Below, one piece after another: positions 48,949-58,409 of a stretch of DNA of 64,000 nucleotides (the stretch's first letter is position 1; every line of letters starts with the position of its first letter). Location: the IMG/VR virus record IMGVR_UViG_3300032267_001484; one strand, given 5' to 3'. The DNA is from a virus. The notes beneath the pieces were generated by a model. That model ran no database searches. It was not told the DNA's origin and worked only from the letters and a program-made list of their open reading frames with translations. The translations under genes were made by a program, and so were the position numbers.

Positions 48949-49581
48949 TTACTTTGCTCGTTTCGGCCTACCTCGCTTACCACCCGATCGTTTGGTTTGA
49001 GCCGCCTTAGCTGCCTCACGGGCTGCCTTCTGATCCTCACTCAACGCCGGACGCCCCCTTCGTCCACCAGTGCTGGCTGGTTTAACAACCACCACTTTGT
49101 TTGGGTTAGCCGGACGCCCCCGCCTACCACCGGAACGAACCTTCGATTCCGCTTTGGCTGTGTCTCTGAGAGCCTTCTCAGCAGGATCAAGCGCTGGGCG
49201 TCCGCGTCTACCAGTTGTTGGTTTATTCTCCTTACCTATCTTCTTCATATTACGCTCACGCTTCTTCGCTTGCTTCTCCGCTCTACGAGCCATCTTATCC
49301 AACATCTTCTTGTGATGGAGTACCTGGGGGTGGATAATAACCTGATCCAGATCATACGAACGAATACCTCCATTTATGTCGACAACCTCGTACCCACCGT
49401 TGGGAAATGTTCGTTTATCACCTGGGGCGTATGCTGCCTTCAACTCAAAATATAACTTCTTGTCGTAAAAAAATGGTGCTGGGAGCACACGCATACCCTT
49501 CTCCGTCGGTATAAAAATCTCCTCCACCTCGTCGTATACGAGGTATTTACCATATTGCCAATCTTTTTCTATTACTTTCAT
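48949..49581 (-). CDS. Protein with an N-terminal domain and four AT-hook-like (RGRP) repeats
   Basis: GRRGRPAL, GRRGRPAN, GRRGRPAL, GKRGRPK. Confidence 0.75.
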   Translation of the reverse strand: MKVIEKDWQYGKYLVYDEVEEIFIPTEKGMRVLPAPFFYDKKLYFELKAAYAPGDKRTFPNGGYEVVDINGGIRSYDLDQVIIHPQVLHHKKMLDKMARRAEKQAKKRERNMKKIGKENKPTTGRRGRPALDPAEKALRDTAKAESKVRSGGRRGRPANPNKVVVVKPASTGGRRGRPALSEDQKAAREAAKAAQTKRSGGKRGRPKRAK

Positions 49582-50145
49582 AACCTTTAATTTGAATGAA
49601 TATACGAAAAAAATTATGACAAAAAAACTACTTACGTGCGTTGTGGGAGCGGATGATATTTTCGTTGATGGCCCAAAGCATGATGATGATGACGATGAAA
49701 AAAACCATGTTATTTATTTTGATTGAATGTAGAAAAAAAACCTCGCCTACCCAAAATCTCCAGCGAGTAAAGCAAGACCAATCTTAACGATAAGAATCAA
49801 TACAAAAAATGCTACGACTAATTTAGCTAAATCCCAAACAAATTCGATGATGTATTTCATATCAATAAAAATTTATTGCTAATCAATAAACGTATATAGT
49901 CTATCAATAAAAAAAAAGTGGTGATCGGGCGGAGTTTTTCACCTAAATCACAACACCACATATCACATACTATACCTTATTCCACATACACGACTAATAC
50001 ATAACAAAACATTAATTACATTCACCATGTTTAATATCATATTACGTTTGTTTTCCACACTTGTGATTTAAAGCTAACAAAAAAACTTTGACATTCCTAG
50101 CGAAAAAAATACGCTTATTTGCGCAAAAAAAACTATAAACAACGA

Positions 50146-50343
50146 CTACTTACCCGATAATACAACAATCAATATAGCAAAAAGTAGCGCAGTAAAAACG
50201 CCGCTACTAAAAAAAAGCAACGCCGATGCTAAAAAATCTCGCTTCTCACCCGTTATACTACGTGTGAATATCCTATTATTATACAGTAGCATTCCAATTA
50301 ACCACGTCGTCCATCCAATTATACTCAATATCGTTACTATCAT
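50146..50343 (-). CDS. Small two-TM membrane protein
   Basis: Two hydrophobic helices. Confidence 0.55.
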   Translation of the reverse strand: MIVTILSIIGWTTWLIGMLLYNNRIFTRSITGEKRDFLASALLFFSSGVFTALLFAILIVVLSGK

Positions 50344-50495
50344 ATATGTTTATTTGCTGGGTTTATTTATTAAGTAAATCTACTAACTTAATTATGCCAA
50401 CTACAATAGCCATTCCAATTACAATTGATGTTATAGATATTGCTATAAAAAAACCTATTTCCTCCACTTTGTGGATGTTTATTTTATTTTTCATA

Positions 50496-50705
50496 TTATT
50501 TACTTAATTCTGCCTCACACATTTCAATTAACATTTCAGCTAACGGATCATCATTATCAATCACATCACCATTCTCATCTATTACCTCCCAACTATCATG
50601 CCAGTCATGTTCAGTCATTCTAACACGACATTCCCTACCATCTTCACGTTCAATCAAAAACTGTACTGTGGTGTAATCTACTTTGTCTACAATTTCGTAT
50701 TTCAT
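50496..50705 (-). CDS. Small acidic protein
   Basis: ORF track; own promoter. Confidence 0.65.
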   Translation of the reverse strand: MKYEIVDKVDYTTVQFLIEREDGRECRVRMTEHDWHDSWEVIDENGDVIDNDDPLAEMLIEMCEAELSK

Positions 50706-50744
50706 AACTTATTTATTTATATGAATGTATGAAGAAAACTTTGC

Positions 50745-50936
50745 CTACTCATCTTCACCTTCAAACTCATCATCAATATTATTACAATATTCTTGATAAA
50801 TATCCCAACACAACTCAATCATTTGTTTACGTGCGTTGAATTCTGATTCGCTTAAATCATCACTATCCATGTTGCTGTAACAATCCCTAAGATCTCTAAG
50901 TGTGTTTTCAAATCTGCTATAAGACATATTAGCCAT
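50745..50936 (-). CDS. Small acidic protein
   Basis: MANMSYSRFENTLRDLRDC; own promoter. Confidence 0.7.
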   Translation of the reverse strand: MANMSYSRFENTLRDLRDCYSNMDSDDLSESEFNARKQMIELCWDIYQEYCNNIDDEFEGEDE

Positions 50937-50962
50937 AATTTTTTATTTGAGGTGAATATAAA

Positions 50963-51097
50963 CTAATTACTCTGCCTAGCCCATGTTTTATTGGCTTGTT
51001 TCTTTTTATCTGTTACTACACGTTGCTTGTAACGTCCATCATAAGCACCAGCAGCAACCATTTCTTTGCGTTTGATTTTCAATTCAATATTTTTCAT
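50963..51097 (-). CDS. Small basic protein (44 aa)
   Basis: Manual translation MKNIELKIKRKEMVAAGAYDGRYKQRVVTDKKKQANKTWARQSN; own promoter. Confidence 0.65.
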   Translation of the reverse strand: MKNIELKIKRKEMVAAGAYDGRYKQRVVTDKKKQANKTWARQSN

Positions 51098-51136
51098 AAC
51101 CTTTTATTTGAAATGAATGTATAATTATTACTCTGC

Positions 51137-51421
51137 CTAATCAACCATCTCTTTCACTTTATTTATCCAAGCAGTAATATCCTCAATAAATTGCTTTGCT
51201 CGGTCTGCTGTTTTAGTATAAGCATAAAACTGACAATATTCAGAGTCAAAGTCAATATCTGAACAATCAATATGCTTCTGAATATATTCTTCCAAATCAT
51301 AAGCACTACCAAAATCTCTAAATCGATATGCTTTAGATGGGTAGCCAGTAACAGTGTATTGTTCTCTGTCTTCATCTAACTTGAAAATAGTGAACCCAAT
51401 TGGATAATTAATGTCTTGCAT
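51137..51421 (-). CDS. Hypothetical protein
   Basis: ORF track; own promoter. Confidence 0.65.
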   Translation of the reverse strand: MQDINYPIGFTIFKLDEDREQYTVTGYPSKAYRFRDFGSAYDLEEYIQKHIDCSDIDFDSEYCQFYAYTKTADRAKQFIEDITAWINKVKEMVD

Positions 51422-51468
51422 AACCTTTATTTTTTATTTATATGAATATATAACCTTAACTTTGCCTA

Positions 51469-51900
51469 TCAAATACCATCACTTGCTGTGTTGTGTATAA
51501 ACATAGTATAAAGATTTATATCGCGCTCCAAATTACCCGCATCAAAACATTCCCAATAATCACCATCAAACACGTATATATAATCTACACTATCATCCTT
51601 AAGCAAATCAGCAAACTGAGTCGTTGTAACACTAGTATTAGGTTCATTCCTATCACGTCCATAAGCTAAACACCAATTTTGGTTGTGAGTAGACCTATCA
51701 TAAAAATCCTGCTTCTCACCAATTTCAGCCCCTAATATACTCAATTCACCCAATTTCATCAACGCATTTACCTTATCCATATCAGTATAGTGGTCAATAA
51801 GAATTTTCCCGTTGTGACTAGGATATCCATCAAAATGACAATAAATGTAATCAACTGTTCCGTCTGTGTTTCTAACGCCGATGTGTGATCTTGTAGCCAT
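51469..51900 (-). CDS. Phage hypothetical protein (MxTRS...YCHxDGYP type)
   Basis: MATRSHIG...IYCHFDGYP, AYGRDR, DYIYVF. Confidence 0.7.
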   Translation of the reverse strand: MATRSHIGVRNTDGTVDYIYCHFDGYPSHNGKILIDHYTDMDKVNALMKLGELSILGAEIGEKQDFYDRSTHNQNWCLAYGRDRNEPNTSVTTTQFADLLKDDSVDYIYVFDGDYWECFDAGNLERDINLYTMFIHNTASDGI

Positions 51901-51942
51901 AATTTTTTATTTGAAATGAATATAATAAGTGAACTTTGCCTC

Positions 51943-52302
51943 TTACATCTTACAATCAAATCTACTCTTAGCTGTGTGGTTTTTACTTCGCTTAACAGCC
52001 CAATTCACCATCATTGCTCCTACTACACCACCAGCAGCTGTAGATATAATATCATACCATTGCCCATATTGATTACCCCTACTTATATCATATCTTTCCT
52101 TAACATAACCAACTAACGCACCTGACGTTAATCCAAATAAAACACGTTGTGTTGGAGTTTTGCCAAATATACCTGATGTATTACCTGTACCTATTCCAAC
52201 ACTGAAATGGACCATTGTGTTGTTATCTACTCTATCCCATCTCATTTGCGCTCTAGAACTGAATGTAAGCAGTAATGCTGCCAATACAAAATACTTTTTC
52301 AT
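51943..52302 (-). CDS. Exported/membrane protein (YfiM-like)
   Basis: Signal peptide; HF...GYVKERYD...DIISTAAG. Confidence 0.5.
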   Translation of the reverse strand: MKKYFVLAALLLTFSSRAQMRWDRVDNNTMVHFSVGIGTGNTSGIFGKTPTQRVLFGLTSGALVGYVKERYDISRGNQYGQWYDIISTAAGGVVGAMMVNWAVKRSKNHTAKSRFDCKM

Positions 52303-52320
52303 TGTTTAGTTTTGATTATC

Positions 52321-52638
52321 TTAAAATTCCAAATCCTTAATCAGATAATTCACAGCATCATCATTCAGTACTTCCCTAAACTTATTATCAATAGCCGTAC
52401 TAAAGTCAATTCCCATTTCCTTATGAAACTTAGTAAATTTCCTCCAACCTTCATATGCATCAATTGGTATACCCATATAGGTAATATCACAAATATCAGC
52501 AAAATCTACCTCGGCTACATTATGTCCTTCCTTATTCTTATTTACAAAAATCATCGCCTCGGCAATGAGTCTCAATTCACCAATTTCAATTGGAAATGAA
52601 GCGGTCAAATGTAAACACTTACTAGTAATTGTAATCAT
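52321..52638 (-). CDS. Hypothetical protein
   Basis: ORF track; own promoter. Confidence 0.6.
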   Translation of the reverse strand: MITITSKCLHLTASFPIEIGELRLIAEAMIFVNKNKEGHNVAEVDFADICDITYMGIPIDAYEGWRKFTKFHKEMGIDFSTAIDNKFREVLNDDAVNYLIKDLEF

Positions 52639-52691
52639 AACTTTATTTTTTTATTTGAATTAAATATACGACTTTTACTTTGCCTGCCTAA

Positions 52692-52891
52692 CTAACTTTG
52701 CTTAATAACAATTGTGTTTAAAGCGGGGAATATTGCTGATATGAATGTCCTATTTCTAATTTGATCAATGGTAATGAATTGAATTATTCCATTGATTATT
52801 TCAAATTTATCTGCTTCGATGTCATAATTAATTAGATTATATTGACCATTTGCAACACTATTAGTTAGGACTTGTACTTTGTATTTATTCA
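52692..52891 (-). CDS. Hypothetical protein
   Basis: Likely start MNKYKVQV (start coordinate approximate). Confidence 0.45.
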
Positions 52892-52935
52892 TGTATATAC
52901 GTATTAAGGGGGTGGTGGTGAATGCCACTTGCTTT

Positions 52936-52967
52936 AAAATAAAGGTAAGCAGCTTACGCTGCCTACC
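52936..52967 (-). terminator. Intrinsic terminator
   Basis: GGTAGGCAGC-GTAA-GCTGCTTACC followed by TTTATTTT. Confidence 0.75.
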
Positions 52968-52978
52968 CTATTCTTTAT

Positions 52979-53317
52979 TTAACAACCACAATCGTCTTTT
53001 TTATTCCAATTCTCATCAATCCAATTATCAAGTACATTTTCAATAACATTTTTAATTGAATGAGTATCAAAATCAATATCATCTATTTCTACTTCTTTAT
53101 AGTTCATAGATAAATCGTAATCAGATACTGCATCCATTCCCAAACCAGCAATTTCATCAGCAATAGTATCAACTAATTCACTTCGCTGCTCATCAGTAAA
53201 TCCAAGAGGTACTGTAGCGCTTTCTTCAATTCCCTCAATAAGTGCAATTACTTGTTCCAATGAATAGAAACTAGGAATCTGTGATTTCAGTGTGTCAATG
53301 GTTTGTTTTTTTGTCAT
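52979..53317 (-). CDS. Acidic hypothetical protein
   Basis: ORF track; own promoter. Confidence 0.65.
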   Translation of the reverse strand: MTKKQTIDTLKSQIPSFYSLEQVIALIEGIEESATVPLGFTDEQRSELVDTIADEIAGLGMDAVSDYDLSMNYKEVEIDDIDFDTHSIKNVIENVLDNWIDENWNKKDDCGC

Positions 53318-53359
53318 GACCTTTGATTTTATTTTTTGTGTGAGTTAAATGTATAATTT

Positions 53360-53893
53360 TTATTCTGCCAACCCAATTCGCTCGTGATTGTACTTAGCTA
53401 TCTCATTTCGCTCTGCTAACCAACCATAATCCTTTTTGAGTTGAGTATATACCTTATTTAGGGAACTATTAATAACAGAACCAAGCATAAATGCAAATGT
53501 GTTATTTGATTCGTCAATTAATTTTTTATCACCTCTTAATTGATATAACAATGCTTCACCTACTTCACTTACAAACATTCCACTATATAATCCTTTCAAG
53601 TTGTGTTCATTTACAAATCGATCAGCATGACACCAAATGAATATACATTCTTTATCTTGAAGTAAATCTGCCTGATCGTCACCAATAACATAATTGCGTT
53701 TAAAATTAACTCCAAATAAACCTCTAGATGAACCATGGCCCAACATTATTATTTGATCATGGCTACATATCAATTTATTTACTTCATCTGTGAATAAACC
53801 GCCAGTAATAATGGTTTTATTGGGGATATTCTCATATATCGGCTTTAAAAAATGTGTTGACTCGTCGTGTGGATGTATAACTAATGTTCTCAT
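53360..53893 (-). CDS. Hypothetical protein with a caspase-fold-like His-Gly/Cys motif pair
   Basis: IIMLGHGS and IFIWCHA; likely start MRTLVIHP. Confidence 0.5.
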   Translation of the reverse strand: MRTLVIHPHDESTHFLKPIYENIPNKTIITGGLFTDEVNKLICSHDQIIMLGHGSSRGLFGVNFKRNYVIGDDQADLLQDKECIFIWCHADRFVNEHNLKGLYSGMFVSEVGEALLYQLRGDKKLIDESNNTFAFMLGSVINSSLNKVYTQLKKDYGWLAERNEIAKYNHERIGLAE

Positions 53894-53943
53894 AACCTTT
53901 TTATTTGAAATAAAGATAGGCACTTTTATTGTGCCTACCAAAT

Positions 53944-54159
53944 TTAATTTTCATAATCACTAAAGTAACTATCATCATCATCATTCCATTCATCATCGTT
54001 ACCTTCATAATAAAACTCTCCGGCTTCATCTAATTCCTGATGATATCCTTCCATTTGATATATAAAATCTTCCAAATCGAAGTTTTCAGGTTGGCCTTTC
54101 TCATTAAGTAAATTCTGTGCTACTAGAATTAATTCACTGAGGATTTCTTTAATTTCCAT
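53944..54159 (-). CDS. Acidic hypothetical protein
   Basis: ORF track. Confidence 0.55.
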   Translation of the reverse strand: MEIKEILSELILVAQNLLNEKGQPENFDLEDFIYQMEGYHQELDEAGEFYYEGNDDEWNDDDDSYFSDYEN

Positions 54160-54343
54160 AATAATTGTAAATGTTTAGGTTATTGTTTTCTGGTGATTTG
54201 ATTGTTTTTTGCCATTTAGGTTTAGGGAAAACACTTTCTATGAAACTTCTATGTAATCTTAGATATTCTTCATAAGCAGCTTGTTTATCCGTTATGTTAT
54301 CTTTATTTTTTTCATAAAATTTATCCCAAGTAATAAATTGCAT
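54149..54343 (-). CDS. Hypothetical protein
   Basis: Likely start MQFITWD. Confidence 0.5.
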   Translation of the reverse strand: MQFITWDKFYEKNKDNITDKQAAYEEYLRLHRSFIESVFPKPKWQKTIKSPENNNLNIYNYYGN

Positions 54344-54371
54344 ACTAATTATCTTTATGCACATAAATATA

Positions 54372-54396
54372 GGAAAGGGGGCTTTGACACCCCCTT
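54372..54396 (-). terminator. Hairpin terminator
   Basis: AAGGGGGT...GCCCCCTTT inverted repeat after the DUF932 gene. Confidence 0.6.
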
Positions 54397-54409
54397 ATTT
54401 TATACCAAA

Positions 54410-55195
54410 CTAAAGGTATGCTTCAGCAAGTTCGAACAATTTCTCATTCAACTCAATATCTTTTTGGAAGTTCTTAACGGAACGTGCCTTACGCTTACCT
54501 GCTCTATATGAACCACCAAGCAATTTCTCCTGTACCCTGTTGAAAACAACCCACAAATCATTACCTGAGTCTTGAGGGCGGTCAGGCGTAAGCACATCCA
54601 TGATGTTAACTCGCTCCTTAGTTCTCAGTTGCATTGCTTTAGTAGCGAAATCAGCCATTTGGTCTTCAGTCAGTGTAGTTGATTTAAATAAGTTAATTTT
54701 CTGAACCAGGTTAGGTAATTTAGAAATCATTTCTGCTACTTTAGATTGTAATGATTCAAAGGTATAGTTAATATGCCTAATCGATACATTACTGAAATCA
54801 GCATCGCTAATAACTAATCCATTTGAACATACAAGGCGGAATATACCTACCCTAAAGTTGAATGCTGCTTTACCATCATGTGAATTGGTAAGGAGGATTT
54901 GTGGAAATGAATCATCACCATCTTTACCCTTAATCATAATTTCGGGGTTGCGAAACACAATTATGTGTTTTTGGAATCCTTGACCTTTACGTGCTTTAAC
55001 CTCTTGTGCTTTAGTTACTTGCCAACCCAAGCTCATCAGATCCTCTACAACGCGTGACGTTGGAGTTTGAATATACTTGTCTGTGAGGTGAGGTGCTTTT
55101 TCAGTTGTGAATACTGATGGAGCGATTTTCTTGATTTGCTCGAGCGAGTAAGTGTTACCGCTCATCATTGCTGTTGTGTTTAATTCGTTTGACAT
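54410..55195 (-). CDS. DUF932-family protein
   Basis: APSVF, YIQTPT, LTNSHDG, FRLVCSNGLV, DLWVVFNRVQE. Confidence 0.8.
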   Translation of the reverse strand: MSNELNTTAMMSGNTYSLEQIKKIAPSVFTTEKAPHLTDKYIQTPTSRVVEDLMSLGWQVTKAQEVKARKGQGFQKHIIVFRNPEIMIKGKDGDDSFPQILLTNSHDGKAAFNFRVGIFRLVCSNGLVISDADFSNVSIRHINYTFESLQSKVAEMISKLPNLVQKINLFKSTTLTEDQMADFATKAMQLRTKERVNIMDVLTPDRPQDSGNDLWVVFNRVQEKLLGGSYRAGKRKARSVKNFQKDIELNEKLFELAEAYL

Positions 55196-55252
55196 AACCT
55201 TTGATTTTTTAATTATTTAATGATTGAATCTACAATTATTACCTTGCCCAAT

Positions 55253-55447
55253 CTAATTTAGAATGGCATACTTAGCATAAATAATTGCTTCACTATACAT
55301 TTCCTGTTCCCATTCAGTTACGGGATGAAATTGTTTATCAACAGCCTCTGTTAGTTTACGATTATCATTAATACCTGAGAGTACCATTGATGACACTAGT
55401 GCTTCAATTTGCATGCATTTGAGATACATTTCGGCATTTGTAACCAT
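55253..55447 (-). CDS. Hypothetical protein
   Basis: ORF track. Confidence 0.55.
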   Translation of the reverse strand: MVTNAEMYLKCMQIEALVSSMVLSGINDNRKLTEAVDKQFHPVTEWEQEMYSEAIIYAKYAILN

Positions 55448-55448
55448 A

Positions 55449-55634
55449 TTATTTATATTGTTGTTTTTCTTTTTGCTGTTTCTTTAATTTAAGCCATTCA
55501 AATTGCTCAGCCAAAGTATATAACTCACTAAATTCACGTTCAATAAGTGGTTTTTGTTTTGGTTTTCTAAAGAATGAATTATCTACTCTACGGTCTGCTT
55601 TACTTTGAGCATCATCTTTTGTTTGAATAGCCAT
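55449..55634 (-). CDS. Hypothetical protein
   Basis: ORF track. Confidence 0.55.
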   Translation of the reverse strand: MAIQTKDDAQSKADRRVDNSFFRKPKQKPLIEREFSELYTLAEQFEWLKLKKQQKEKQQYK

Positions 55635-55638
55635 ATTT

Positions 55639-56283
55639 TTATTTTATTTTAAATTTATAACCTGAAACTTGCTCGATCACCTTGACTGTTACTTTATTAT
55701 CATTAATTCCGTTTGGTTTGGAATTATTGTTATTAAAAAGAAAAGCAAACCATTCATTTGTTTTCTTAATATATAATACTTTCCAACATTGAGTTGGAAT
55801 TGATAGCGCTCCTATTTTTTTAGCTTCACCTACTGACCCAGTCCAAACATAAACAGAATCATATTGTGATGCTTCAAGGCGAGTTAATTCTTCAACCATT
55901 TTCCAATCACCCCTATTCAATTGAGGTGTTTGGGGAGTCATATTTGAGAAATAAAACGACTCAGTCATACTAACAACATCACAAGCACCATCGGCAGCAG
56001 GGAAATTATGACCACGATCATAACCTGATTTTTCATAGTACTGCTGCACGTTGGTACTTGCTATTTGTTTTGGATCAGGTCCAAAATTATCTGTTCGCTT
56101 TACTTTAGTAGGACAACTTATCATTGCTTTGGTTAACCACCATTCTACCTTAACAGGGTAGTTTTTGGATTTACTGTAGGTTGTCTTGTACGCTTTGTGC
56201 TGAATTGTTACTAAGTCTTGAGCTGGAACTGTGAAACTAATTAGTAACAAAAAGGATATTAGGTATGTTTTTATCATACCCAT
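55639..56283 (-). CDS. DNA/RNA non-specific endonuclease (NucA/EndoG family) with signal peptide
   Basis: SGYDRGH, ESFYFSNMTPQ...LNRG.W..E; hydrophobic N-terminus. Confidence 0.88.
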   Translation of the reverse strand: MGMIKTYLISFLLLISFTVPAQDLVTIQHKAYKTTYSKSKNYPVKVEWWLTKAMISCPTKVKRTDNFGPDPKQIASTNVQQYYEKSGYDRGHNFPAADGACDVVSMTESFYFSNMTPQTPQLNRGDWKMVEELTRLEASQYDSVYVWTGSVGEAKKIGALSIPTQCWKVLYIKKTNEWFAFLFNNNNSKPNGINDNKVTVKVIEQVSGYKFKIK

Positions 56284-56288
56284 AAATA

Positions 56289-56498
56289 TTATCCTTCGTC
56301 ATTAACTGATTTAGATATAGTTTCGTAATATTCTTCTCTCAAACGCCTAACAGCTGCTTCAGCACTTGCTACACCTGCTTTAAACATTTGTTCATCAGCA
56401 GTATATCCACGCTCATTGATTACTTTAAAAATTTCTTCAAAAATTTCAAATCCAAAAATATTATTACCTAATGCTTCATACTTGTTACTCATGCCCAA
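56289..56498 (-). CDS. Hypothetical protein
   Basis: ORF track. Confidence 0.55.
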   Translation of the reverse strand: MGMSNKYEALGNNIFGFEIFEEIFKVINERGYTADEQMFKAGVASAEAAVRRLREEYYETISKSVNDEG

Positions 56499-56695
56499 TT
56501 GTATTTAGATTGTTTTTGTAATGCTGCTTGACGTTCACCCGCTGTACGTGGTTTAGATTCAATTCTCTCTGTTACTTTAGCTTTACGACCACGTCTTTTA
56601 TAGGTACACACCTCAGGTTCATCCCACTTCCATTTCTTTACCTTTTCAAGAAATGCTGCTCTATAACTTGCTAAACGTTCTGTTTCTGTTCTCAT
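56489..56695 (-). CDS. Basic hypothetical protein
   Basis: ORF track. Confidence 0.55.
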   Translation of the reverse strand: MRTETERLASYRAAFLEKVKKWKWDEPEVCTYKRRGRKAKVTERIESKPRTAGERQAALQKQSKYNWA

Positions 56696-56886
56696 ACAAA
56701 TTCATATATTAATTCTAAACCGTGAGATACACTTTGTAATGTATAAAACTTATTTAGGTGATTAAGTGGTTTAGCGTCATTTTCTTTCATTGACCATTGT
56801 GGTTCACCACCAAATGCTAGTCCACAAAAGTAACCATAATCACTCATTACAATGAATTCTGATAGTTTTTCTTTTTTCTTCTTCAT
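56692..56886 (-). CDS. Hypothetical protein
   Basis: ORF track; own promoter. Confidence 0.55.
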   Translation of the reverse strand: MKKKKEKLSEFIVMSDYGYFCGLAFGGEPQWSMKENDAKPLNHLNKFYTLQSVSHGLELIYEFV

Positions 56887-57005
56887 TAAGATGAAGATAA
56901 GAAATTTATTTTGCCCTAATTTAAAATTTACCCCATTGAGAATTTTTCTTAAGTTCTTCTGCTATTTTAAAACCTAAGAAAATATCCTTAAAGAATTTTT
57001 TTATT

Positions 57006-57557
57006 CTACCCATCATGTTTTTTTACCCATTTTGAATTAGCCATCAAATCATCCCAATCCTTATAACCTTGACTTACTGCAAACTCATCGTTTTTCTTCT
57101 TACGATATGCTTTTACTTTTTCAGGATCTCTCATCTCTTCAGCATCTTTAAATCCTAATGACTTAGCACATTCATCTGCGCACCATTCATGTGAACCTAT
57201 TTTTATTTCAATTGGTAGATCTGTTTCTATTGATTCAATAAAGTCTTCAAACTGAGATGCTGCTTCAAATGGTAATGAATAATCACCTTCATGTACTTGA
57301 TATCCTGATTCATTTTTGCTATCAAATACTTCTATCCTACCCATTCTATATTTTTCACCAAATAAGCTCATTATACCATAACCTACTGTATGATAACTAA
57401 ATCTACCACGTCGTGCTTTACCGTTTACATCTATACAATCGGGATTGAGTTCAATGTAGTTAGCAAGGTGATCAGCAAATTCTTCTTCTGTTGCTTCAGG
57501 GAAGCGTCGTTTGACATTATATATAAAATATTTGATATCGTCTCTATTTACTTTCAT
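57006..57557 (-). CDS. Hypothetical protein
   Basis: ORF track. Confidence 0.6.
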   Translation of the reverse strand: MKVNRDDIKYFIYNVKRRFPEATEEEFADHLANYIELNPDCIDVNGKARRGRFSYHTVGYGIMSLFGEKYRMGRIEVFDSKNESGYQVHEGDYSLPFEAASQFEDFIESIETDLPIEIKIGSHEWCADECAKSLGFKDAEEMRDPEKVKAYRKKKNDEFAVSQGYKDWDDLMANSKWVKKHDG

Positions 57558-57834
57558 TATTATTTATTTTAAGCCCACAATATAAGTCAAGCATTGCCAT
57601 TTCACGAGAAGCTATTTTTGAATAGTAACGTTTCTTCTTTTTAATATGTTTAACACCCCAATCTCTCCATTCCTTATTTTGAGCCTCAGTCATGGTATAT
57701 TGTTGATACCAATTATCAGTTCTACCTTCTACGTCTTCAAATTTAACGTCGTGACCTGCTATCTCAAACATCTTGTCAATAAGTTCTTTAAGAAACATTC
57801 TTTCCTTGTTTGTTTTTTGTTCTGCTCGTGTCAT
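57544..57834 (-). CDS. Hypothetical protein
   Basis: ORF track. Confidence 0.6.
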   Translation of the reverse strand: MTRAEQKTNKERMFLKELIDKMFEIAGHDVKFEDVEGRTDNWYQQYTMTEAQNKEWRDWGVKHIKKKKRYYSKIASREMAMLDLYCGLKINNNESK

Positions 57835-57850
57835 ATACTTTATTTTAATG

Positions 57851-58234
57851 TTATCTTACTGGGGTGAATTTAGTAGCTTCTATAATATATTGCTCTGCTA
57901 TAGAATAATTTCTACTTGTATAATACCTGCCATTAAATAGATATACTCTATGCTCATCCACTTCATTATTATGATTAGTCTTAACTATATATTGGTTATC
58001 GGGATTAAATCTAGCATGGAATTCTTGAGTATCCACTTCTTTCTCTAAACTCTCCTCATACACCCAACTCTTCTGCATCCATTCAAATATGTGGATACGT
58101 TCTCCTTCAGTCATTAAATACCAGTATTTGTCAGTTAGGCTCTGCCAGAACATAGTTCTAGCAATTGGACGTGGCGGTATACATGCTTCAGCTAAAAACG
58201 CTAATTCAAAAAAATCAATTTGAAATGTACTCAT
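57851..58234 (-). CDS. Hypothetical protein
   Basis: ORF track. Confidence 0.6.
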   Translation of the reverse strand: MSTFQIDFFELAFLAEACIPPRPIARTMFWQSLTDKYWYLMTEGERIHIFEWMQKSWVYEESLEKEVDTQEFHARFNPDNQYIVKTNHNNEVDEHRVYLFNGRYYTSRNYSIAEQYIIEATKFTPVR

Positions 58235-58409
58235 AACTTTTATTTATAGTTTTTTTCGTAAACATTATTTTCCTTCATCCACTCAATTACCATTAGTATG
58301 GTCTTTGCTTCAACTGATTGACTATCAGTTTGTATTTGTTTAATTGCTGAGTTTTCTAATTCAACAATATCATCCCAATCTAGGGCTAAATATGATTTTG
58401 GTTTATCTG

